Program-made: the position numbers and the translations under genes
Shown here: positions 1-8,117 of the stretch, piece by piece
How the letters are laid out: every line of letters starts with the position of its first letter
How positions within the stretch are numbered: the first letter of the stretch is position 1
Virus record (IMG/VR): IMGVR_UViG_3300020499_000002
Length of the DNA stretch: 64,000 bases
Direction: 5' to 3' (one strand)
Origin: an uncultured virus (IMG/VR IMGVR_UViG_3300020499_000002)
Taxonomy: Duplodnaviria > Heunggongvirae > Uroviricota > Caudoviricetes
Notes under the pieces: generated by a model
Database searches by the model: none
The model's input: only the letters and a program-made list of their open reading frames with translations
Told to the model about the DNA's origin: nothing

Positions 1-129
1 CTCACCATTAATAGTAGATTCATATTTCACAGCGTAGATATCTTTGCTAGTTTCATTATACCCGCGATCTTCTAGCATAGCAACTATATTATCACGAGTA
101 AATTTCGTGCAGTCGATATGATAGCGCAT
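1..129 (-). CDS. hypothetical protein, partial (runs off window start)
   Basis: ATG at 129 overlaps the stop of the upstream minus ORF; open frame MRYHIDCTKFTRDNIVAMLEDRGY... Confidence 0.6.
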   Translation of the reverse strand, partial: MRYHIDCTKFTRDNIVAMLEDRGYNETSKDIYAVKYESTINGE

Positions 130-383
130 TAGTAGAGTTCCTCGGTGATATCAGCAATTTCTGCCGCCCGATCAACATTAAACGGACGCCCACGACGAAT
201 TAATTCCGCCTCGCTTTCCTTAGTTTCATTTACAACTACCGGACCGGAATAACCCCAATTCCAGTAGATCAGATAATGAAGTTGATCGTCCGAGAATTCA
301 GAAAGACCAACACTATTATCGTTCTCGTATTTGTTAGCGAGAACTTCAGTGGCGTCGAGCCATTCTTTATTGATCGTATCCAT
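129..383 (-). CDS. hypothetical protein
   Basis: 84 aa ORF, AAGGAG RBS, coupled to neighbours. Confidence 0.75.
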   Translation of the reverse strand: MDTINKEWLDATEVLANKYENDNSVGLSEFSDDQLHYLIYWNWGYSGPVVVNETKESEAELIRRGRPFNVDRAAEIADITEELY

Positions 384-398
384 TATTATTCTCCTTTA

Positions 399-623
399 TT
401 AGGCGAGGCGATTAAGGTTATACATACGCCCACCGAATTCGTCCTCGCCGTGAGAGATAGTAATATTCTCGCCGTCAATAATAATAGCGAATTCGCCGTT
501 ATAACCGATAAGCGGATTTTCGCTTTCGCAACCAGCCCAGGTCTGGCGCTCAACGGCGTCTAGCGGCTTAAACTCGGTCTTAGCGATAAGAGAGAACAGT
601 TCAGCTTGAGTCGGGTAGTTCAT
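399..623 (-). CDS. hypothetical protein
   Basis: 74 aa ORF, AAGGAG RBS, downstream of minus-strand promoter at ~655-690. Confidence 0.75.
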   Translation of the reverse strand: MNYPTQAELFSLIAKTEFKPLDAVERQTWAGCESENPLIGYNGEFAIIIDGENITISHGEDEFGGRMYNLNRLA

Positions 624-651
624 AGTTTTCTCCTTAGTTTCAACCTTATAT

Positions 652-695
652 TCTTATATTACCCTAAACCTAGAAAAAAGCAAGCGGTATCTGAG
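652..695 (-). promoter_or_regulatory. early sigma70-type promoter (leftward)
   Basis: reverse complement CAGATACCGCTTGCTTTTTT...GGTAATAT, same upstream motif as the rightward promoter at ~760. Confidence 0.6.
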
Positions 696-755
696 CCATA
701 CGGGCACTTTTTTTTTAAAAAAAATTGGTTTACTTTCGAACGTAAACTTGATCGC

Positions 756-800
756 TACAGCCCAGATACCGCTTGCCTTTTTTCTCGAAACGGGTATACT
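756..800 (+). promoter_or_regulatory. early sigma70-type promoter
   Basis: TACAGCCCAGATACCGC-TTGCCT-N17-TATACT. Confidence 0.75.
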
Positions 801-827
801 AAAAACTATAAACTGAAAGGAACTAAA

Positions 828-1040
828 ATGGCTCTAATTAATATCAAAGGGGATACGTATATCAACACGGATTATATTGTATTAATAACCCCTGTTGAAC
901 ATAACCAAACGAGTAACGTATATTATTATAAAATCCTAATTGATCACCAATTCGAGGAAGTATATATTCCTTTTTCGACTAAAGACGAGGCAATAACTGA
1001 TAAACATCGCCTGATTAATCTTATGGCAGGAGAGAAATAA
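828..1040 (+). CDS. hypothetical protein
   Basis: start moved to ATG 828 after AAAGGA RBS; MALINIKGDTYINTDYIV... Confidence 0.7.
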   Translation: MALINIKGDTYINTDYIVLITPVEHNQTSNVYYYKILIDHQFEEVYIPFSTKDEAITDKHRLINLMAGEK

Positions 1041-1148
1041 AATGGATAGAATTACACTTATTCCGTGTGAAAAGGCTGAAGCGGTTAGAGACGCCTATAC
1101 TAAAATTATGAAAGACTCCGGGTATCATATTATGAAGGTAAAAGAATA

Positions 1149-1307
1149 ATGACCTACGTTCTAATCGCTCTTTTATATTATAAGGCGGCAATTACGGCGG
1201 AGTTTAATTCGCTAGACAAATGTAAGGCGGCTGGTGAAGCCCTTATTCGTGTATACCCGGATAAGTATCACCAGTCTATGATTCATTACGTTTGTGTGGA
1301 GAAATAA
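1149..1307 (+). CDS. small hypothetical protein with hydrophobic N-terminus
   Basis: 52 aa, not in ORF track: MTYVLIALLYYKAAITAEFNSLDKCKAAGEAL...YVCVEK. Confidence 0.6.
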   Translation: MTYVLIALLYYKAAITAEFNSLDKCKAAGEALIRVYPDKYHQSMIHYVCVEK

Positions 1308-1308
1308 A

Positions 1309-1530
1309 ATGACTATAATATGGAAAGCCGAATTAGATAACAAATATGATTGTAAGGTAGTTAGAATAAGAGATTACGTCGGTCTATTAACCGTAATTGA
1401 TATTGATACTAAAGAAAAAATAATAGACGAGGAGGTTGATCTAACCTATAACGCTATAGTTGGCGCTGATATAATGGATATTAGTCTCTGGGAAGAGAAA
1501 ATATTAAGCGTAATTGATGGGGGTTTTTAA
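1309..1530 (+). CDS. hypothetical protein
   Basis: ATG 1309 with GGAG RBS. Confidence 0.7.
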   Translation: MTIIWKAELDNKYDCKVVRIRDYVGLLTVIDIDTKEKIIDEEVDLTYNAIVGADIMDISLWEEKILSVIDGGF

Positions 1531-1681
1531 TCCCGTTTTAGAAATCGATGCGTTATTCGGTCCGAGTAATCTCGTTAATGCGAGTTAATGTGTGCTGATG
1601 CTCGTTGGTGTGTGTCGGTGTTGAACTTTATTATCAACCACACAACATCAGCAATTCTTAGTGAATTACTTTATTAATTAA

Positions 1682-1888
1682 TTACCTCCGAATTCTATTA
1701 TATCGGGGGCAATTTTTATAATAGTTTAAAGGTTTATTATTATAAATTTCTAATTCGGTCGCTAAAACGGGGATCATCATTTCATTTTCTCCGTGATATA
1801 TTAAACCTATCGGGCCGAATTTATTAACCCATGAATTAATAAAAGCCCAATTATTTGAACCTTTAAAGGGGAAATAAATCGCTTTCAT
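1682..1888 (-). CDS. hypothetical protein
   Basis: ATG 1888 with AAGGAG RBS; leftward TTGACT..TAATAT promoter at ~1913-1943. Confidence 0.65.
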   Translation of the reverse strand: MKAIYFPFKGSNNWAFINSWVNKFGPIGLIYHGENEMMIPVLATELEIYNNKPLNYYKNCPRYNRIRR

Positions 1889-1958
1889 GGAGTTCTCCTT
1901 CAGTTTAGACCTTATATTACCCCAAAGGCAATAAAAAGTCAATAGAAATATTTGATCG

Positions 1959-2005
1959 TTACAGCACAGTTTCCGCTTGACTTTTTCTTCGGGATCAGGT
2001 ATAGT
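1959..2005 (+). promoter_or_regulatory. early sigma70-type promoter
   Basis: TTACAGCACAGTTTCCGC-TTGACT(1977)-N17-TATAGT(2000). Confidence 0.7.
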
Positions 2006-2080
2006 ATTAGGGAAGGCGGGAGGGAGGAGGCCACCAGCAGTTTACGTAAACGAAAAAAAGATCAGTTTACTATTACTTTT

Positions 2081-2113
2081 CGCTTGACGAATTCTCAGAG
2101 AGTGGGTATAATC
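2081..2113 (+). promoter_or_regulatory. early sigma70-type promoter
   Basis: CGC-TTGACG...GGG-TATAAT upstream of ORF 2146. Confidence 0.75.
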
Positions 2114-2145
2114 ATATATGTAAGGTTGAAATAAAGGATTCGAAG

Positions 2146-2322
2146 ATGACTGTAGCTGAACTGATCGCTAAACTCCAAACTCTCCCCCAGGACTACGAAG
2201 TCGAAATGGGTATGAACCAGGAGTATCAGGAAGCGGTTACTGAGGATATGGTTGTTATAGAGGAATATCGTGGTCGTCGATATGTTATTATTGATGACTG
2301 TGCTCGTTACAGAGGAGAATAA
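2146..2322 (+). CDS. hypothetical protein
   Basis: 58 aa, not in ORF track: MTVAELIAKLQTLPQDYEV..., a common phage small-protein N-terminus; AAGGA RBS. Confidence 0.75.
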   Translation: MTVAELIAKLQTLPQDYEVEMGMNQEYQEAVTEDMVVIEEYRGRRYVIIDDCARYRGE

Positions 2323-2568
2323 TATGAGACTCAATAGACTTGACACTGATACGCTGGTCCAATTGACTGCTCTGGGTATTGTGACGTTTGGATTAGCATT
2401 AGGGCTGGCACTGATTGCTTATCTCGATGGAGGAATGTGATATGGTAGTATATGTTAATCATCTGATGATATACGCTGATCTCGGTGTGTTTGGTCATGT
2501 TGTGGCATATGCTGCTAATAGTGATCATCAATCTTATTGGGTTGTTCCTGGAACGTTGGAGGATTGAT

Positions 2569-2730
2569 ATGATTAAGACGTATGATCTCTATCTTTATTT
2601 CAACGGGTATTCGAAAGAGTATCATAATATATCTCGCGTGGCAGTCAAGTACTATATTGACTGGTATAAAGAGAGTGCTGCATTCTTCGGGTATGACGTG
2701 CAGGATCATGAATCGTTGGTAAGTAACTGA
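2569..2730 (+). CDS. hypothetical protein
   Basis: ATG 2569 with GGAGG RBS. Confidence 0.65.
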   Translation: MIKTYDLYLYFNGYSKEYHNISRVAVKYYIDWYKESAAFFGYDVQDHESLVSN

Positions 2731-2775
2731 AAACACTAGGTAAAGTCATTTTTCTTCAGAAATTTGACTTTAGGG

Positions 2776-2806
2776 GCTTGACGAATATCGAAATCCGAGG
2801 TATACT
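2776..2806 (+). promoter_or_regulatory. early sigma70-type promoter
   Basis: GC-TTGACG...GG-TATACT. Confidence 0.75.
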
Positions 2807-2831
2807 GGTAATATAGTGAGACAGGAGATAG

Positions 2832-3329
2832 ATGATGGCTACGAAGACTGAAATCGTGATTCGCATTATGAAGGATAACCAGGGCAAGGCGATGGCCGAT
2901 GTCCTCCCGTTGCTGATGGCTGAGTTCGGCTGGACTGAGAAGAACGCTCGTGCAGCGTATGCTCTCCGTGTTAAGGCTGATCCTTCGCTCGGCACTGTCC
3001 AGAAGGCTGCTCGTGCTGCTGCTCCGGCCAAGGCTGCTAAGGGACCGAAGCTGGTTAAGGTGCCGAAGCCCAAGGTGCAGGGCGATAAGCCGAAGGTTAC
3101 TGACAAGACTGTCGAGGAACTGCAGGATATCCGTAACAAGAATCTTGCTCGTCTCAAGGCTGTCGGTCGTAAGTATATGAAGGGACAGTATGCCGAGCCG
3201 GAAGCAGCTGGTGTTCCGAACTTCGATGCGGATGAAGCTCGCCAGTATGTCGAGGATGTCACGAATGATCTCGAGTCCTTCAAGTCTCCTCGCTTTCTGA
3301 ATATGGACCAGGTTAAGGCCCTGGTCTAA
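2832..3329 (+). CDS. early protein with Lys/Ala-rich histone-H1-like segment
   Basis: AGGAG RBS, own promoter, biased codons (AAG, CGT, GCT); KAARAAAPAKAAKGPKLVKVPKPK. Confidence 0.85.
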   Translation: MMATKTEIVIRIMKDNQGKAMADVLPLLMAEFGWTEKNARAAYALRVKADPSLGTVQKAARAAAPAKAAKGPKLVKVPKPKVQGDKPKVTDKTVEELQDIRNKNLARLKAVGRKYMKGQYAEPEAAGVPNFDADEARQYVEDVTNDLESFKSPRFLNMDQVKALV

Positions 3330-3415
3330 TCTCTCCGAGTGCTGGCCCTTGATCCAGTGGCTCAGAGTTGGGTGGATTGTCAGTGACTGGGTCGACGAGA
3401 GCCGACGATCCACCC

Positions 3416-3443
3416 ATTATACTCTATTTTTAAAAAAAGTCAA
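3416..3443 (-). promoter_or_regulatory. leftward sigma70-type promoter
   Basis: reverse complement TTGACT-N16-TATAAT. Confidence 0.55.
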
Positions 3444-3532
3444 TATTTAAGTCGTTTACGTTCGTCCATCGTTGTCTCCGCGGAGCTCCAGGTGGCGTTT
3501 ACGTAAACGACATTTTTTTAAAATATTTGGCG

Positions 3533-3578
3533 TTACAGCACAGATATCGCTTGCCTTTTCCCGAGAATAGGGTATACT
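3533..3578 (+). promoter_or_regulatory. early sigma70-type promoter
   Basis: TTACAGCACAGATATCGC-TTGCCT...GGG-TATACT. Confidence 0.75.
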
Positions 3579-3604
3579 GGTAATATGGTGATGGAGGATT
3601 AATC

Positions 3605-3805
3605 ATGGAAGTCTACGTTCTGCTCGGACACATCGAATATGAAGATACGATGCTCCTGGGCGTTTATCACACGCAAGAGGATGCTGAGTTTCACAAGGAA
3701 GTGTATATCAACAAACAGGGTATACTCGCATTCGATAGCTACTCGATCGAAAGTCGAGTGATCGGTGCTCGTGCCTTTGGTGAATATGATCAGGAGGCTG
3801 TATAA
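3605..3805 (+). CDS. hypothetical protein
   Basis: 66 aa, GGAGG RBS, own promoter. Confidence 0.8.
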   Translation: MEVYVLLGHIEYEDTMLLGVYHTQEDAEFHKEVYINKQGILAFDSYSIESRVIGARAFGEYDQEAV

Positions 3806-4094
3806 TGTATAATATCCCAGTTCACATCATTGCCCAGATCAACAACTGGGCTGAGCATCAGCTGATTTGGCACGGTGTTTGTGTGTGGTTATATTCCGAT
3901 CTTATCTCTAATGCGGAGAACCGTTAATGGCTCAGGACAAGTTTCGTAAGATCATAACTGGATCTAAAGCATACGTAGCCCGTGTCGCGAAAGAGTGGCA
4001 GTTCTATGGCTATGTTGTAGTTAAGTCCAAGCTGTGGAGCGATGGTAAGTATACTATCGTCATGGAGAAGCGGCCCGAGTCAGTTTTTTAAAAA

Positions 4095-4129
4095 TATCGC
4101 TTGCCTTTTTTCCGGATCCGGGGTATACT
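4095..4129 (+). promoter_or_regulatory. early sigma70-type promoter
   Basis: ATATCGC-TTGCCT...GGG-TATACT. Confidence 0.75.
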
Positions 4130-4213
4130 GAGAATAGTTGATAACGCTAGTCGCTGGAGAACTGAGATGGCTGACTTCGACTTTGCTGTATTTACCCGTG
4201 AGACCGAAATCAT

Positions 4214-4432
4214 ATGGCTTGGACATATCCTGTGGGAGCACTACCTATGACAGCGATCGCGACTGAGGACCAAATCGAACGTATCGTCGAACGTCAAATG
4301 GACAAACTCGACCTACAGTATACCAAGGGTATGCTGACCAACGACGAGTATAACCAAGAGGTGCTTGAGCTTGACCGTTGGGCGAGAGATCAACATCGAC
4401 TATCTCGAGCTCGGCAGTATAGAGAATGGTAG
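4214..4432 (+). CDS. hypothetical protein (start uncertain)
   Basis: ORF track; helical, charged sequence. Confidence 0.6.
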   Translation: MAWTYPVGALPMTAIATEDQIERIVERQMDKLDLQYTKGMLTNDEYNQEVLELDRWARDQHRLSRARQYREW

Positions 4433-4814
4433 CCCATGTGAATCACTATTCTCTCTGGAGAGCTCTCATGCACTCTCAGAAAAATAATATCGCCACCGAG
4501 AAGATTTTGCTTGACATTGGGCGCTTTTGGTGGTATGATGGATACGATGGGTTTCAAACGGATCACTAGGAGATGAAGATGGAATATATGGCTCTGTTCG
4601 TGCTTGGTATTGCCTATGGATTTTGGATCCAGTTGTATGTGGATGTGATTCGGTATCGTCGAAAGATGTTTTCACGTAAGTAGGAAGACATCGAAAAAAC
4701 GGTCGCACCTTTAGAAAAATCGGGTTTTTGTGGGCGGGGGACCCTAAGCGTTGCATTTATTCCACACACAACCACACGCCTTAAAGTTCGTCCATAGACT
4801 CTCTAAAGGTCACG

Positions 4815-5093
4815 ATGACTTCTAAAAAAATCCGCAACAAAATTTTCACACTTTTAAAGTTCGAGGATAACATGTCAGTAATCAAGTGTAAAGTTACTCA
4901 GCCATATATTGAACGTTCTCTGTCTGGCGATTTCACATGGCATGTGTATAATGAAAAGACAGGGCATATCGTGGCCTCTACCTATAATGAGGAAATGGCG
5001 GGAACCATTCTCTTTGCTATAATAGAATCTGGTTATTATAAAGATGAATATGCAATTACCGAATCATGGAAATCACCGGAGCCATTGGTATGA
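4815..5093 (+). CDS. hypothetical protein (likely start 4872)
   Basis: GAGGA RBS precedes ATG 4872. Confidence 0.65.
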   Translation: MTSKKIRNKIFTLLKFEDNMSVIKCKVTQPYIERSLSGDFTWHVYNEKTGHIVASTYNEEMAGTILFAIIESGYYKDEYAITESWKSPEPLV

Positions 5094-5205
5094 TTGATTT
5101 TCTCTGGACCTATGTCTTATGGCCACTGGGTCTCCTGTTGGTTGCGCTTTTGTTCGCTTCGGTGTTCTTTGGTAAAAATGACGATGATAGGAATGTGGGG
5201 TAATT

Positions 5206-5475
5206 ATGACCAACGAAGAACTTGTGGAACGTCTTCGTAGTGAGACATGTTCTAAGGCTGATATAGAAGAAGCTGCTAATCGAATAGAAAAGATGAACTA
5301 CTTTCTTCGACACAATGCTTTTGCCGAAAAGCAATTTGGTGTATACTTCATTTGTGGTGCAGCAGGCGAGAAAGATAAGAATGGTGTTCCTGAAGAGGTG
5401 TATATCTGTCCTGCTTATGGATCAGATGTATCATATGTGTTTACTCGTGGCGGAACATTCGCACCGGAGTGGTAA
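5206..5475 (+). CDS. hypothetical protein, paralog of 6746-6997
   Basis: shared YxxCG..G....GxPEEVxICPAxG motif. Confidence 0.8.
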   Translation: MTNEELVERLRSETCSKADIEEAANRIEKMNYFLRHNAFAEKQFGVYFICGAAGEKDKNGVPEEVYICPAYGSDVSYVFTRGGTFAPEW

Positions 5476-5685
5476 ATGACTGATAATACAAATTCAAAAC
5501 TATTCAAAGAGTTTCATAAACAATATGAACATGCGGATTTTGTAGATGAGCTCCTAAAGCATTTACGTCAAGGATTACGATATCTCGATATGCGCCAAAC
5601 TCATTATATGGACTTCCCCATGGATAAGGAAATGTATACGTTTTTGATCGATCTGATAGAAGAGAAATATGGAAATGAACATTGA
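5476..5685 (+). CDS. hypothetical protein
   Basis: abuts previous ORF. Confidence 0.7.
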   Translation: MTDNTNSKLFKEFHKQYEHADFVDELLKHLRQGLRYLDMRQTHYMDFPMDKEMYTFLIDLIEEKYGNEH

Positions 5686-5814
5686 TATATATTGTTAATG
5701 TATCATTGCTCGCTAGATCCAATCGTGAGTATTGGTGCTGTGAATATGTTATCACTTACATCGGCTCCGCTGATTGCCCTGCTAGTGACTCCGAATTACG
5801 TATAGGTGAAATAG

Positions 5815-6027
5815 ATGGTTGCTCTTAAATTTATGATCATATGCTTGGTGGCTTTGACAGTGGGTTTGTTCATTGGGTTTAATATCGAAATGTTTTCAGG
5901 TCCCACTCCATCTGAAGTTTATATGAAGGCATGTCGTGATGCTGGTGGTATTCCAGTTATCGTGGCAAGAGGATCTAATGTCTGTATCAATCCTGGTGCT
6001 GTCATAAAGGATATGGGTAATGACTGA
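5815..6027 (+). CDS. membrane-anchored hypothetical protein
   Basis: N-terminal hydrophobic helix, C-terminal Cys pair. Confidence 0.7.
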   Translation: MVALKFMIICLVALTVGLFIGFNIEMFSGPTPSEVYMKACRDAGGIPVIVARGSNVCINPGAVIKDMGND

Positions 6028-6208
6028 TTATACTAAACTCAGCGATGAAGAACTTTCAGTTCAGTTTGAAATTCTCTGGGCCAGGTATATGTATTACCAG
6101 GCTGCTGAAGGTAATTGGAATCAAGAAACAGAGGCTCGTGGTAGAGCTACTAAGCAATACTGGGAATGTTTAGCAGAATGCAAGGAACGTGGGCTTGAGG
6201 TGTATTAG
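6020..6208 (+). CDS. hypothetical protein
   Basis: overlapping-operon ORF. Confidence 0.7.
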   Translation: MTDYTKLSDEELSVQFEILWARYMYYQAAEGNWNQETEARGRATKQYWECLAECKERGLEVY

Positions 6209-6461
6209 AAAATATAACATAAGCTCAATGCTTAATCCTCTGATCGCCATGCCGAAAGGAGCGAAGATACTCAAACTTGCGAATAAAAAGTCAAACCCCT
6301 TTATTTGGGCAGAGGTGGATACTTCGAAACCGATTGTAAAAAGATTAGTTCGAACTTTTGAGACTGACCAAGAATTGCCAGATGAGCCAGGTCTCTACTT
6401 GGGCACTGTGGAGGTTCTTGGTATGATCTTTCATTGTTTCGATGGTGGAGAGCGAATGTAG
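6189..6461 (+). CDS. hypothetical protein (start uncertain)
   Basis: MPKGAKIL...IWAEVD...YLGTV...FHCF pattern common in phage small proteins. Confidence 0.7.
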   Translation: MGLRCIRKYNISSMLNPLIAMPKGAKILKLANKKSNPFIWAEVDTSKPIVKRLVRTFETDQELPDEPGLYLGTVEVLGMIFHCFDGGERM

Positions 6462-6471
6462 ACCGTCTCTA

Positions 6472-6479
6472 TATAAATA
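6472..6479 (+). promoter_or_regulatory. T4-type late promoter
   Basis: intergenic TATAAATA before AAGGAG RBS of ORF 6506. Confidence 0.75.
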
Positions 6480-6505
6480 CCTTGTCTTAGTATAAGGAGA
6501 TAATT

Positions 6506-6733
6506 ATGACTGTTAGTAAAAAAGAAATTGTAGAACGTATTGATGCTCTAAAGAAATGGCAAGAACTTAATTCGGAAAAAATTAATTCTGAACCGTTCGT
6601 TGAAGGATATAATTCTGCTGTTAACTCTGAAATTCTATTTCTTACTGAGCAATTAGGAGCTATACTAGAAGTATCTGAAGATGTGGTAGAAACGAAACGT
6701 CCTTCTAGATCGAGAAAGACTCCTACTCAATAA
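6506..6733 (+). CDS. hypothetical protein
   Basis: AAGGAG RBS, late promoter. Confidence 0.75.
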   Translation: MTVSKKEIVERIDALKKWQELNSEKINSEPFVEGYNSAVNSEILFLTEQLGAILEVSEDVVETKRPSRSRKTPTQ

Positions 6734-6745
6734 AAAGGATTGATT

Positions 6746-6997
6746 ATGAGCGAAAAATTGACAAATGATGAAAGAAAAAAATACATAGACCATATTGAAA
6801 CGCTTCAAGAAGAAAATGCATTCATGAAAAAGGTTCTAAAACACATTTTTCCCGAAAAATCTGATGCATACTATCTTTGCGGAGAAAAAGGTGATAAAAA
6901 TGAGCTTGGGCTTCCGGAAGAAGTTGTAATTTGTCCTGCGTTTGGTAAACAAGAACTAGTTACATACAAAAGGCAAGAAGGAGAAACCAATGGCTAA
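6746..6997 (+). CDS. hypothetical protein, paralog of 5206-5475
   Basis: shared Cys motif; ATG 6746 after AAGGA. Confidence 0.8.
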   Translation: MSEKLTNDERKKYIDHIETLQEENAFMKKVLKHIFPEKSDAYYLCGEKGDKNELGLPEEVVICPAFGKQELVTYKRQEGETNG

Positions 6998-7178
6998 GGA
7001 AAAAAAGTATACTCAGTCGAAGGTTTTTGAGTTTAAACCCGCTGAAAACATCACCGAAGCCGAAATTATTGAATTATCCGAGCTAATTCGCATCGGAGTA
7101 AGCGGAGAGATCCTAGATAAGGCCTCTCCAAACCTAAAAAAGCACTTTTTTGAGGTAAAAGACAAAAAAGCTGCGTAA
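6990..7178 (+). CDS. hypothetical protein
   Basis: AGGAG RBS. Confidence 0.75.
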   Translation: MAKEKKYTQSKVFEFKPAENITEAEIIELSELIRIGVSGEILDKASPNLKKHFFEVKDKKAA

Positions 7179-7195
7179 TTAGTGGAGTATTTGTA

Positions 7196-7351
7196 ATGAA
7201 ATTGATTGCTGCGATCGTTTATATGTGCATTGCTGGTGTTTGCACCGAACAGCACGTCGAAATCGAGCCCAAAGCATGCAAAATTGGCACTCTTCATGGT
7301 AAAGTAATGGGAACTGACGCCAAATTTGGTGTTCGATGCCAGGGATCATAG
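7196..7351 (+). CDS. small Cys-rich, probably exported protein
   Basis: 51 aa, not in ORF track: MKLIAAIVYMCIAGVCTEQ...ACK...VRCQGS; GGAG RBS. Confidence 0.65.
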   Translation: MKLIAAIVYMCIAGVCTEQHVEIEPKACKIGTLHGKVMGTDAKFGVRCQGS

Positions 7352-7353
7352 TC

Positions 7354-7674
7354 ATGAGTGCTAAAATTATCCCCTTTCCTAAAACGCAAAAGCAGTTAGA
7401 AGTAGAAACTATGAAAGACTTTGTTAATAAAGCAAAGACTGTGATTGCTCAATCTATTGCTGAAGACATGAAGCGTTATGATGTCCCTAATGTTTTTGGT
7501 GTTCCGGTTGAAGATCCAAAAACTCGTGGCCAATACCAGAATATTTTAAAACAGTTTTTAGATCCTGAAGATTATATGGATATTCTTTGTGGAATTATGG
7601 ACCGAGATCATTATGATGCGCTTGAGCGTCCTCTTCAAAAGATTATCGATGCATACTATTCGTTCCCAAAATGA
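7354..7674 (+). CDS. hypothetical protein
   Basis: start MSAKIIPFPK at 7354. Confidence 0.75.
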   Translation: MSAKIIPFPKTQKQLEVETMKDFVNKAKTVIAQSIAEDMKRYDVPNVFGVPVEDPKTRGQYQNILKQFLDPEDYMDILCGIMDRDHYDALERPLQKIIDAYYSFPK

Positions 7675-7853
7675 GTGAAAGAAAAAGAGTTTTTCTAGAA
7701 ACTCTGTTCATTTTTGGGTTTATAACAATTCCCTATTTGGATGCAATATATATAACACCAGGTATTAAAGAATCTGGTATTCGTATGGAAATCCAGTGCC
7801 ACGATGACCCTAAAAATTGTTGGATTCAAAACAAGGACAAACGACATGCATGA
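7671..7853 (+). CDS. small membrane protein
   Basis: ATGA overlap, hydrophobic segment. Confidence 0.6.
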   Translation: MSERKRVFLETLFIFGFITIPYLDAIYITPGIKESGIRMEIQCHDDPKNCWIQNKDKRHA

Positions 7854-8058
7854 TTGGCAGTATACTAATCAGTTTTTTCTCGAAGGCAGAAATCATTATG
7901 ATTCGGGTGGATCAATTAAAGATTGTCCATATAACTATTTAATAGTAGATCAGAGTAACGAAAAACTCGTGCAGTCTGAACATTATCGAGAAAGAGAGTG
8001 GTATGCTGGGTTCCATCAAGCATTTTTAGATTCTCTCGAAGCCAAAAAAATCGCTTGA
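7846..8058 (+). CDS. ribosome modulation factor (Rmf)-like small protein
   Basis: EGRNHYDSGGSIKDCPY...REWYAGFHQA resembles the Rmf G..AG..G.S...CPY...R..W..GW pattern. Confidence 0.5.
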   Translation: MHDWQYTNQFFLEGRNHYDSGGSIKDCPYNYLIVDQSNEKLVQSEHYREREWYAGFHQAFLDSLEAKKIA

Positions 8059-8083
8059 CTTTTTAAAAATACCGAGCTATACT
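8052..8083 (+). promoter_or_regulatory. sigma70-type promoter
   Basis: CGC-TTGACT(8055)-N17-TATACT(8078). Confidence 0.8.
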
Positions 8084-8117
8084 ATGTTTATGATGGTTGA
8101 TGTGAAGGAGATGTGTT

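Noticed and set aside
1952..2134. 60-aa ORF across the promoter and G-tract
   Set aside because: TTG start without RBS, spanning two promoter motifs.
2736..3413. Long minus-strand ORFs (225 aa and 175 aa) opposite the 165-aa gene
   Set aside because: Antisense shadows of a codon-biased gene, with no RBS and implausible composition.
3330..3415. tRNA-like appearance of the GC-rich intergenic stretch
   Set aside because: No cloverleaf or T-loop; kept only as a hairpin candidate.
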